This document shows positions 1 through 8,404 of a stretch of 51,996 bases of DNA, piece after piece. The first letter of the stretch is position 1. Each line of letters starts with the position of its first letter. The stretch is from Alphaproteobacteria bacterium. Lineage in GTDB: Bacteria > Pseudomonadota > Alphaproteobacteria > SMXP01. The translations under genes and the position numbers were made by a program. Under the pieces are notes generated by a model. That model did no database searches and was not told the DNA's origin. It saw only the letters and a program-made list of their open reading frames with translations. The stretch covers positions 1 to 51,996 of the forward strand of contig JAJFIO010000033.1 of NCBI GenBank assembly GCA_021774915.1. Direction: 5' to 3'.

Positions 1-177
1 CCCGCGGCTCAGACCGCTACGCTGGGCGTTGCGATTCTTGTGGTTGCTCGTTTTGTTCCGGACGGGTTGGATGGTGTGTGGCGGCGGGCACGAGATTATG
101 GGCGTGCCTTTCCACTTTATCAAAAGCCTGCCCGCGTAGGCGCGATACAGTCTAGGCCCGTTCGGAATAGGCGATAA
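1..177 (+). CDS. ABC permease C-terminal fragment (LivM/LivH-like); 5' end lies outside the window
   Basis: Frame 1 is open from the window edge and stops at TAA 175-177. The hydrophobic tail LGVAILVVARFVPDGLDGVW resembles Liv permease C-termini. It ends 4 nt before the LivG-like ATPase gene. Confidence 0.4.
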   Translation, partial: PAAQTATLGVAILVVARFVPDGLDGVWRRARDYGRAFPLYQKPARVGAIQSRPVRNRR

Positions 178-181
178 GCGC

Positions 182-925
182 ATGGTCTCATCACCAGATC
201 AACCAGCCCTTTTGTCGGTCCAGCGTCTTTCTGGTCCTTCGGGCGGTTCTGTTCAGGTGCAGAATGTCAATTTTTCACTTAGGCCGAGTGAGGCCTTGGC
301 CATTGTTGGCCCTAAGGGAGCTGGCAAGACAACTTTGCTAGATCTCATGTCTTGTTTAAAATCGTCTGCTGCGGGCCGCGTCATCTATCAAGGGCGCGAT
401 GTACTTTCTCTGGCGCCCTACCGGCTGGCCCGACTAGGTCTGGCGTTGGTGGGAGAACAGCTGAGTCTTCTCAAGGAGGCGACGGTTTTAGACAATCTAC
501 TATTGGCGCGTCACGGAGAACGCCGAACGGGTTTGCTTCAGCACGTCTTTTTTCCGCCCTGGGTGCGCAACGAGGAAGTTAACCATCGCCGCCGCGTGGA
601 AGAAGTGATTGAAGTGCTGGATTTGCACAGCGCCCGTCATCGGAAAATCTGTGATCTGCCCTCTGGCGTGCGCAGATTTGTCGATCTAGGGCGCGCCTTG
701 GTCCTGCGTCCGCGATTAGTGCTGGGTGATGAATTATTTCGTGGTTTGAGCCCAGCAGAGAGCGCCGCCATGGCCCGCGCCTTGAGGCTTGTGCGCCGCA
801 GCGGGGTTTCTCTTGTGCTGACCGGAGAAGATGAGGGTGTGACAGCTGGAGTGGCGGACCGGGTAGCGCATATGGAAGCTGGGGTGCTGCGGCTCATCAC
901 CGAGCGGGAGGTGGCACCATCATGA
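182..925 (+). CDS. ABC transporter ATP-binding protein, LivG-like, with atypical signature, Walker B and H-loop motifs
   Basis: Walker A is GPKGAGKTT. The signature-like motif is LPSGVRR instead of LSGGQ. Walker B-like is LVLGDE. The expected H-loop region reads TGEDEG. The gene overlaps the next one by 4 nt (ATGA). Confidence 0.8.
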   Translation: MVSSPDQPALLSVQRLSGPSGGSVQVQNVNFSLRPSEALAIVGPKGAGKTTLLDLMSCLKSSAAGRVIYQGRDVLSLAPYRLARLGLALVGEQLSLLKEATVLDNLLLARHGERRTGLLQHVFFPPWVRNEEVNHRRRVEEVIEVLDLHSARHRKICDLPSGVRRFVDLGRALVLRPRLVLGDELFRGLSPAESAAMARALRLVRRSGVSLVLTGEDEGVTAGVADRVAHMEAGVLRLITEREVAPS

Positions 926-2307
926 CCGTAACGCCCCTTTTGCCAAATGACAGTGTGGCCAAAATCTTTTGGCACCGTGTGCAAGACATGGGATCTCAGA
1001 TCGCCATGCGTCAGAAAGTAAGGGGTTTGTGGAAACCGGTTTCGTGGACCAGGTATGGTGCGCGGACGCGGGGACTGGGTCTCGGTCTGGCTGCGCAAGG
1101 CCTGGGTCGGCAGGACCGTGTGGTTATTGTCGCCAAGCCCAGTCCTATTTGGATGATGGCGGAGATGGCCGTTCTTGCAATGGGCGGCATTGCCGTGCCT
1201 GTGGATCCGGATTGTGAGGCGGAACAGGCTTTGCATATTTTGCGTGATTGCGGGGCGTCTTTCTGCTTGGTCGAGAACTGGGTGGCGGCGGAAGATTTAT
1301 TTCGGCGGCACGATGAAGTGCCGGCCTTGAAGAAAATCATTGTGATGGAAGCTGGTCAGTCTCCTGAACCCCATGATCCCATGATTTTAAGCTTGCGCGA
1401 TTTAATCGTCTCTGGGCATCAGGCCGCCGGCTTGTCAGTCCAGAAAACATGGGAAGCATCGATTGAAGCAACTGAGGCGCGCGATGTGGCGCTGTTGGCT
1501 TATGCGCCCGGCGAGGCGTCTCCCACAGGGGCGATGATCACGCATGATAATCTGGTTTTTCAGATGATGGCTGGCCAGGCATTTATGCCGCTGGGCGCAA
1601 GGGACCGGGTGATGAGTTTTCTCAACCCCGCGGAGATGACCCGGCATCTGTTCGATGTGTTTTATCATCTTGTTTTTGGCTTTACTCTTTATTTTCCCGA
1701 AAGTGTTTCGAGTGTCCGGCGCGATATGAAAGAAGTGCAACCCACGGTCTTTTTAGCGCCTCTTGAAAACTGGCAGGATCTGCACGGCGAAGTGAGCGCT
1801 TTGGTGCGCACGGCCCCGGCCCTGCAGAGGCTGGCGGTGAGGGCCGCAACCGCTTTGGGCAGAAAACGGGTTCAAAGGGAAGTCAATGGCCATTCTGCGC
1901 CCCTGTGGTTGCTTGGGGCAGAGGCCCCGTTCCGGCCTCTGGTGCATAAGCGCATTCGCCGCTGGCTGGGCCTGGGTGCGTGCCGTCTGGCATTGGGACA
2001 AGCGGACACCGATGTGTCGGATCATGCTGAGTGGGCGCAAATTCTTGGCCTTGAATGGGTCTGGGCTCTGGGGCAGGCGGAGACCACGGGCTTGACTTTA
2101 GTGCGCTCACTGACGCGCCGCCGCCTCATGTGTGATGGACCATTACCCCAGACGCAACTGCGCACTGCGCCCGATGGCACTCTTTCAGTTAGCGGGCGGC
2201 ATGTTTGCCAGGGCGCCTGGCCGGTATTTGACAAAAAGCCCTTTCATGCGGAGGAAGCGTGGTTCGCCACCCGGATTAAGTTGGATGAGAGAGGTGATGT
2301 GCCTTAA
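922..2307 (+). CDS. AMP-dependent synthetase/ligase-like protein, degenerate P-loop and missing C-terminal subdomain
   Basis: The segment DVALLAYAPGEASPTGAMITHDNL aligns to the YTSGTTGxPKGVxxTHxN adenylation motif, but with the key residues replaced. The ORF ends just after the position of the GWxxTGD motif (AWFATRIKLDERGDV). Confidence 0.65.
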   Translation: MTVTPLLPNDSVAKIFWHRVQDMGSQIAMRQKVRGLWKPVSWTRYGARTRGLGLGLAAQGLGRQDRVVIVAKPSPIWMMAEMAVLAMGGIAVPVDPDCEAEQALHILRDCGASFCLVENWVAAEDLFRRHDEVPALKKIIVMEAGQSPEPHDPMILSLRDLIVSGHQAAGLSVQKTWEASIEATEARDVALLAYAPGEASPTGAMITHDNLVFQMMAGQAFMPLGARDRVMSFLNPAEMTRHLFDVFYHLVFGFTLYFPESVSSVRRDMKEVQPTVFLAPLENWQDLHGEVSALVRTAPALQRLAVRAATALGRKRVQREVNGHSAPLWLLGAEAPFRPLVHKRIRRWLGLGACRLALGQADTDVSDHAEWAQILGLEWVWALGQAETTGLTLVRSLTRRRLMCDGPLPQTQLRTAPDGTLSVSGRHVCQGAWPVFDKKPFHAEEAWFATRIKLDERGDVP

Positions 2308-2356
2308 GCGATAGGCATGAACTTTTAAGAATGATCACAAAGTGGAGATTTGACCG

Positions 2357-2935
2357 ATGAGCGAAGAGAAGGATCTGCATGCGCTGGATATACCTCCAAA
2401 AGAACTTGATCAGTTGACGGAGGATATGCGCCATTATTTTAACAAGTGTCAGGAGAAGCTCGGGTTTATTCCCAATGTTCTGTTGAGCTATGCGTTTGAT
2501 GAGGTGAAACTTCGCCCCTTTATCGCCATGCATGACGAGTTGATGCTGGGGTCATCGGGTCTGTCCAAGCTCGAACGCGAAATGATTGCCGTTGTGGTTT
2601 CGAGTTATAACCATTGTTATTATTGCCTCAGCGCTCATGGTGCCCTGGTCAGGACCAGATCAGGTGATCCACGACTTGGCGATCAGTTGGTGATGAATTA
2701 CCGCAGCGCGGACCTGACAGACAAGCAGTGCGCCATGCTCGATTTTGCTTGGGAGCTGACCGCACACCCTGCCGAGGTAAGTACGCCTCAGCGCCAAGCA
2801 TTGCGTGATGCGGGATGGAGTGATCGCGATATCTGGGACATTTCGGCAATCGCCGGCTTTTTTAATATGTCCAACCGCATGGCGACGGCTATTGATATGC
2901 GCCCCAATGATGAATATGCCAGAATGGCGCGCTGA
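2357..2935 (+). CDS. AhpD/carboxymuconolactone decarboxylase family peroxidase-related protein
   Basis: CxxC-type motif NHCYYCLSAHG. Length of 192 aa and helical composition are typical of CMD/AhpD-core proteins. Confidence 0.8.
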   Translation: MSEEKDLHALDIPPKELDQLTEDMRHYFNKCQEKLGFIPNVLLSYAFDEVKLRPFIAMHDELMLGSSGLSKLEREMIAVVVSSYNHCYYCLSAHGALVRTRSGDPRLGDQLVMNYRSADLTDKQCAMLDFAWELTAHPAEVSTPQRQALRDAGWSDRDIWDISAIAGFFNMSNRMATAIDMRPNDEYARMAR

Positions 2936-2966
2936 TGAAGCGTGTCGACCCCGGGCCCCGCCTGAT

Positions 2967-3737
2967 TCATTCCACAATAAAATAAGAACCGTAGGGCAAG
3001 TACTGTGTTCTGCGCAATCTGACGGAATTGATTCCGAAGACTTCATTTAATGCGAGAGTTTCTCCTGGAAAAGCTTGATGCACAAGTTCGTCAAAGGCGA
3101 CGATACTGCCCTTTGTCAGGCGATCTGAGATCTTGCTTAAGACGTCTCTGGTTGGTTCGTAAAGGTCCATATCGAATACAGCCAGCGCGATTATTGCCTG
3201 AGGATTCTGTTCGAGCCAAGCGTCTATACTGGTGCTTGCATCACCTTTTACGAGTTCAAAGTTTTGTATTCTGTCAAACCCGCAAAGAGCCTCATGCGCA
3301 CTGAGAACGTTGTGGATAGTCTTTTCTATATCCTGAATCGTATTAAAGTCACCGGCCACGGGAATCTCGCCGTCTTCGTTCGTCACGCTGGGGAACCCAT
3401 CAAACGTGTCAAATCCAATAATCTTACGTGTATAATTTTGTGGCTCCAGTAATCCACGCAAGTTAATGAATGTGGCTAAAGACGTTCCCCAGTGTACGCC
3501 AAACTCCATGATATACCCTGGAGTATCGATAATTTGGGAATAAAGGTGATGAAAATGGAGAAGTTTACCGATGGCGTAGCGTTTTTGGAACAAACCAAGC
3601 TGATTGCTCCAGAAGAATCCAAAACTATCCAGATTATTTTGTAATGTTGATTTTAACAATTGATCATGATGAATGTGCTCAGGATCTTGCGCCGTAATTT
3701 CTCCGGTTTTCAGCTTACGGAACTTTTGTTCGGGCAT
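2967..3737 (-). CDS. TylF/MycF-family SAM-dependent O-methyltransferase
   Basis: Motifs EFGVHWGTS (SAM glycine loop), FDTFDGFP and FDMDLYEPTRDVL...GSIVAFDE match the macrocin-O-methyltransferase pattern. The gene is AT-rich. Confidence 0.7.
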   Translation of the reverse strand: MPEQKFRKLKTGEITAQDPEHIHHDQLLKSTLQNNLDSFGFFWSNQLGLFQKRYAIGKLLHFHHLYSQIIDTPGYIMEFGVHWGTSLATFINLRGLLEPQNYTRKIIGFDTFDGFPSVTNEDGEIPVAGDFNTIQDIEKTIHNVLSAHEALCGFDRIQNFELVKGDASTSIDAWLEQNPQAIIALAVFDMDLYEPTRDVLSKISDRLTKGSIVAFDELVHQAFPGETLALNEVFGINSVRLRRTQYLPYGSYFIVE

Positions 3738-3803
3738 AGCTAATAAACCTCCTAAAAATTTTGTAATCCCTGATGCTTATCGACAAACATCATTAGTGAA
3801 GAA

Positions 3804-4502
3804 TTACGTTGTTTTAAGCTTCACATAGGTTACGTAAGAATAGAAATTTCTCTGAGAAAAATAAGGTTCTTGCGGCGTGATATTAAGGCCGTTCATAGGA
3901 TATTGATGTCTAAAATGCCTTCCATCATACAGGGGTGGAAAAATTTCATAATCCTCAATGAATTCGGTGACAATGCTCCAGTCGTCTGCGTTCTCCCTAT
4001 GGTTTTCGAAGGTTTTGTGGGAGTACTTGAACGGAACATTGTCGTCGAAGATCAGATGCTTGAAGCCCTTTTGTTTTGCCTGAAGAAGCCTTGGAAATTT
4101 ATCTTGGTGATCATCAAAGAATGCGACATGAGAATCAATTTCTTCCGGTGGCACCTGTATGCCAAGAACACTGAAATCCTGATATGTATAGTGGGATTTT
4201 ACGGTTCGATATTCTGGTTGAAAATGTTTGGGGTCGAGAAATTGCCGCGACGCTAGAATAGGATCGGAAGTGAGAATTTCAGCCTCTGGCAGTGCTTGTT
4301 CTACAACCCATGTTGAAAATCCACGCCATGTACCGACTTCGATGACAACTTTGGCATTTAATCTCTGCAGGAAGTAGTAAAGTGCGAGACTCCCATTGAT
4401 GTTGAGTCCATTTGTATTTTCAAAAGGTCGATCGCCCCATACTTCCAGGAAAGTCTGGGCGGCCTGGCTCGCTTCAATGAGAGTAATCGTGTTCTCTTTC
4501 AT
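3804..4502 (-). CDS. Class I SAM-dependent methyltransferase (CmcI-like), tentative
   Basis: VIEVGTWRGFSTWVV is a glycine-loop-like motif, followed by acidic FFDDHQD and IFDDN. There is no closer recognisable family signature. Confidence 0.45.
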   Translation of the reverse strand: MKENTITLIEASQAAQTFLEVWGDRPFENTNGLNINGSLALYYFLQRLNAKVVIEVGTWRGFSTWVVEQALPEAEILTSDPILASRQFLDPKHFQPEYRTVKSHYTYQDFSVLGIQVPPEEIDSHVAFFDDHQDKFPRLLQAKQKGFKHLIFDDNVPFKYSHKTFENHRENADDWSIVTEFIEDYEIFPPLYDGRHFRHQYPMNGLNITPQEPYFSQRNFYSYVTYVKLKTT

Positions 4503-4711
4503 GACTTACTGTCTTTCCAAAGCGTTAACTAAGTATCAGTCTATGGGACCTTCGTTAATTGCTTCTTACGAACCGATGGGCCTTCATATTGTGAGTTTGC
4601 CAAAGTCTTTAAAGCCTTGGGAATCAATAAGCTTAACGCAATGTTTACCACGATGGCACAGAATTGCGGCAGGTTCGATACGATAGTTCACCCAGTTTTT
4701 GGATTCCGTTT

Positions 4712-6229
4712 ATGGACAATGCTAAATATTTGGACTTCCTGTTTGATAAAGATGTGGCAACAAACAAGGACAGGCTTGAATGGTTTGATGGGCGAGTGCA
4801 ACAACCTCTCAGTCTGGACCACGCCATAAAATGGATCGATGTTCTTAATCTTCATGGTACGGACTATGCGATATCTTTGGCAAAAGAGCTGAACCAAGGC
4901 GGCAATATCTGCGGAGCAATCGAAATACTAAAACTTTTTGCTTGCACTAAGTTAAGCTGTCGCGAATTTTCCACAGCCACTGACGCGGTAAACCAGATTC
5001 ATATCATGTGTCTGCAGGCTGGCGTGTCTCCAAGAGATTTTTTCCTTGATGATTATCTCAATATGCACCTGCCGAAATTCTGTCCGGAGCCAAGCTCCCT
5101 TGACCCGGAAGAATCGCGTCAAGGGCCAATAAAGGTAGGCTATCTCGTCCCTTTATGCTTGGATCCAAAGAGCACGATACCTCCCATACCTGGCGAACTG
5201 GCCCGTCGCCATTCCTCAGATATCGTAGCTACATTGTTTTTCCCTTACTCGCGGAAATTAGTGGAGGAGAGAAATCCAGATTTGGTGAAATATCTTGAAA
5301 CCCTGTTGCCCAGGGACTCACTTGTTTTTCATAAGAAATATTATCAAGACGAGTGGGACAGGGTTCATGATTTTGCAGAAATTATTCGCAGTTATGACCT
5401 TGACGCCTTAATCACAATGACGGCGCTGTATGCAAGCTCGTTAATCAGCTACATGCGGCCGGCACCGAAGATATATGCCATCGACGTAGGGCATCCACAC
5501 TGGTATTCGCACCGGTTTATGGACCGGGTTTTTTCCGGACACCCGCACTTCCTGCTGGAGGCACAAACGAACAGCATTTATGCACCGCTTGGATTCACTG
5601 CCGGTTCGCGCACAAAGGCGGTCCACACATCTGCGGAAAAACTTGAAAAAATTGAATTTATCAAGCACGCATCGATGGTCCTGTTTTCGTCCGGTTCAGG
5701 CGATAAATTCATCGGTGATGACTTCTGGAATGTTGTAAATCATGTCCTTGAATCGACAGACGTCAATTGGATCTTTCTCGGATCCCAGCCCGATTACGTT
5801 ATGAACAGGGTTGACTCTCGTTATCACCCTCTGGTCCGGGCGTTTCCCCGAAGCAAGAACTTCAGCCACTTTTTAAACCATGCAGACCTGTATGTAGACA
5901 GTTACCCCATAGGAGGCGGGTACAGCGTGCTGGAAGCCTTTGAGAAAGGCGTGCCTTGCGCTCTCTTTCATCATGACTTCACTCAGCCTTTCAATAAGCG
6001 GGAGAACTATGCACCCTATTCTCACATCTCGAAGGATCCATCCTTTGCGGCGGTGCCCAACAAAGAGGCATATCAGAATCACATTATTGACTTGATCAAG
6101 TACGAGCCATGTCGGCTGAAACAAATCGAAATGCAAAACGAAGCGGCGCCCAAAGTATTGGAAAGTGATCATATGATTGCGGCTATTGAACAGGCGCTCC
6201 AGTGCGACTGTAGGACATGTTATGACTGA
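4712..6229 (+). CDS. GT41/SPINDLY-like glycosyltransferase with helical N-terminal domain; start uncertain (TTG 4664 or ATG 4712)
   Basis: The C-terminal half (VLFSSGSGDKF...LYVDSYPIGGGYSVLEAFEKGVPC) follows the bacterial SPINDLY/O-GlcNAc-transferase-like pattern (FxSxxxxxK ... DTFPYxGGTTxxEALWMGVP). Its stop overlaps the next gene's start (ATGACTGA). Confidence 0.5.
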   Translation: MDNAKYLDFLFDKDVATNKDRLEWFDGRVQQPLSLDHAIKWIDVLNLHGTDYAISLAKELNQGGNICGAIEILKLFACTKLSCREFSTATDAVNQIHIMCLQAGVSPRDFFLDDYLNMHLPKFCPEPSSLDPEESRQGPIKVGYLVPLCLDPKSTIPPIPGELARRHSSDIVATLFFPYSRKLVEERNPDLVKYLETLLPRDSLVFHKKYYQDEWDRVHDFAEIIRSYDLDALITMTALYASSLISYMRPAPKIYAIDVGHPHWYSHRFMDRVFSGHPHFLLEAQTNSIYAPLGFTAGSRTKAVHTSAEKLEKIEFIKHASMVLFSSGSGDKFIGDDFWNVVNHVLESTDVNWIFLGSQPDYVMNRVDSRYHPLVRAFPRSKNFSHFLNHADLYVDSYPIGGGYSVLEAFEKGVPCALFHHDFTQPFNKRENYAPYSHISKDPSFAAVPNKEAYQNHIIDLIKYEPCRLKQIEMQNEAAPKVLESDHMIAAIEQALQCDCRTCYD

Positions 6230-7451
6230 ACTCATTCCTTTTAATAAACCGACATTGACTGGCCGTGAACTGCTTTATATGGCGGATGCGATTTTGGCGG
6301 GCCAAACCGCTGGGCAAGGCAAGTACACTAAGATGTGTGAGGAGAGCATCCGGGCGCGCTTGAAGAATTCCACCATTATGCTAACGAACTCATGCACGTC
6401 GGCGCTTGAAATGGCATCCCTTGCTCTCGGTCTGGGTCCGGGAGATGAAGTAATTGTGCCTTCGTACACTTTTGTCAGCACGGCTAACTCTTTTTATAAG
6501 TTCGGGGTCAAGCCGGTTTTTTGCGACGTGCGCCGGGAGGACTTGAATCTAGATGTGGATATGATTGAAAGCCTCATCACGCAGCGAACAAAGGCCGTGG
6601 TTCCGGTTCACTATGCCGGTGTTCCCGTGGACATGGAATCATTAACAAGAGTATGCGAAGAAAAAAACATACATATTATTGAGGACGCTGCGCATTGCGA
6701 CATCACCGCAAGCGGCGAGACCTTGCTCGGCATGCGAGGCGCATTTGGCGCATTCAGTTTTCATGAGACGAAGAATTTTAATTGCGGCGAAGGGGGAGCG
6801 CTGATCGTCAACCAGGATGAATATGTCAATGCGTGCGAGGCCATTCGGGAGAAGGGGACGAATAGAAGCAGATTTTTAAAAGGGGATATCGATAAATATA
6901 CCTGGGTGTCAGCAGGTTCTTCATATGTGATGTCTGACCTTCTGGCCGCCTTTTTGTACTCTCAACTGGAAGATATTGAGATGATCCGAAACAAAAGGCG
7001 CAGGATACTCGATCTCTATAAATCCGAATTCGCAGACTTGTTACAATCCGGAAAATTTGAATGTCCTATATTCGGAAAAGAAAGCAGCGCTCACATGTTC
7101 TATTTTCTTGTTGAGAACAATGTCGTTCGAGATAACCTGATCAAGTTCCTTCGAAAATATGGCATCTATGCAGTATTTCACTATGTGCCTTTGCATGCAT
7201 CGGAAGTCGGCCGGGAACTGGGGTACATGCCTTCGGATTTACCTGTCTCGTTGGATGTCAGCGGTCGGCTCGTTCGCCTGCCGTTTTTCTTCAATATGAC
7301 GGAAGAAGAAATCAGACTTGTCGCCCTGGGCGTGCGCTGTTTTTTCAGTGGAGATACCAGTCAGTTGTCAGATATCACGAAATGTCATGAAGCTTTGCCG
7401 GTATCTACAACGCCTACCATTGAACGCCTCGCGGCAAACTCGGCAACTTAA
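6222..7451 (+). CDS. DegT/DnrJ/EryC1-family sugar 4-aminotransferase, WecE-like (dTDP-4-keto-6-deoxyhexose transaminase)
   Basis: The sequence is near-collinear with E. coli WecE as I recall it: IPFNKP, SCTSALEMA, PGDEVIVPSYTFVSTAN, VPVHYAGV, FSFHETKN (PLP lysine), REKGTNRS, DKYTWVSAGSSY, FHYVPLH and RLPFF. Confidence 0.85.
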   Translation: MTELIPFNKPTLTGRELLYMADAILAGQTAGQGKYTKMCEESIRARLKNSTIMLTNSCTSALEMASLALGLGPGDEVIVPSYTFVSTANSFYKFGVKPVFCDVRREDLNLDVDMIESLITQRTKAVVPVHYAGVPVDMESLTRVCEEKNIHIIEDAAHCDITASGETLLGMRGAFGAFSFHETKNFNCGEGGALIVNQDEYVNACEAIREKGTNRSRFLKGDIDKYTWVSAGSSYVMSDLLAAFLYSQLEDIEMIRNKRRRILDLYKSEFADLLQSGKFECPIFGKESSAHMFYFLVENNVVRDNLIKFLRKYGIYAVFHYVPLHASEVGRELGYMPSDLPVSLDVSGRLVRLPFFFNMTEEEIRLVALGVRCFFSGDTSQLSDITKCHEALPVSTTPTIERLAANSAT

Positions 7452-8317
7452 CGGACTTCGAAAAAACTCTTTTTCTCTGGTTCGTCAAAAACGAAAGAGT
7501 TTGCGTGAACGGGGGTAAACTTCACCAGTGGAACGTTTTTCTTAAAGAACATCACTTCCTCTTCAGAATAGGTCCGCGTGTAGGTTCTGTCGACGACGTT
7601 AAAGCACGTCACATTCTCTTTTGTTTCAGATATGTCACGGATGATGGCAAATCTGTCTTTGTGACATGCATGCCGTGCGCAGAAAGCGTCGATTATCTTC
7701 TGGAGTTTCTCATATTTTTGATCGATGGATCGGTCTTCAAATTGCGGCCCAAGCTTGTCGGTTAAATCTTTGGCCGGTACGCCACCATAAACGTGGTTTG
7801 ATTCCATGTCCGCAGTGACAACAGCACCAACCATGGCCATGCTCCGTTCACCAACCTTGACGGGGGAGACGATGCAGTGACCGACGAACCAGACATCCTT
7901 TTCCACATGCATATACTTTTGTGATTGAAACCGGCATCCTTCAACGATGTCCCCAAATTGAATATGAGTCCAAAGTTGACTTTGAGCCCCGACGCCCACG
8001 TTATCGTCAATGTCGAGACCACCCACGGAATCGAGGACAACATTTCCGCCAAACCAGCAATTCCGTCCTATGCGTATCGGCTTATACCCGTGGCAAAAAG
8101 CACCGGCATGCAGTTTTGAGTAGTCGCCGAGCCGAAACTCCGGGCAAATAATTTTCGTATTTTCCCCAATATAACAAAAGTCACCCAACACGAGCCGTTC
8201 CATTGGTCCATCAAGGCCCGAGATCGTGACGTTTTTCTCAATCACGACACCTCTACCCAAATAAATCTCGTCGGCAATTAAGGGAGATTTTACGATCGGC
8301 TGCAGATGCTGAGTCAT
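7448..8317 (-). CDS. Left-handed beta-helix (hexapeptide repeat) sugar N-acyltransferase with extra C-terminal domain of about 100 aa
   Basis: Repeated [LIV]G-x4 hexapeptide turns (IGENTKI, IGRNCWFGGNVVL, VGVGAQS, VGERSMAMVGAVV). It converges on the aminotransferase gene and the two share a TTAA stop overlap at 7448-7451. Confidence 0.65.
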   Translation of the reverse strand: MTQHLQPIVKSPLIADEIYLGRGVVIEKNVTISGLDGPMERLVLGDFCYIGENTKIICPEFRLGDYSKLHAGAFCHGYKPIRIGRNCWFGGNVVLDSVGGLDIDDNVGVGAQSQLWTHIQFGDIVEGCRFQSQKYMHVEKDVWFVGHCIVSPVKVGERSMAMVGAVVTADMESNHVYGGVPAKDLTDKLGPQFEDRSIDQKYEKLQKIIDAFCARHACHKDRFAIIRDISETKENVTCFNVVDRTYTRTYSEEEVMFFKKNVPLVKFTPVHANSFVFDEPEKKSFFEVR

Positions 8318-8404
8318 GGCGTTCCGCTTGGCTCCAAATTATTGGTCGTGTGACTATCAAGGTTACCGGTCAAAGCCTAACGAGGCATTAGCCTGGCAGG
8401 CGGG

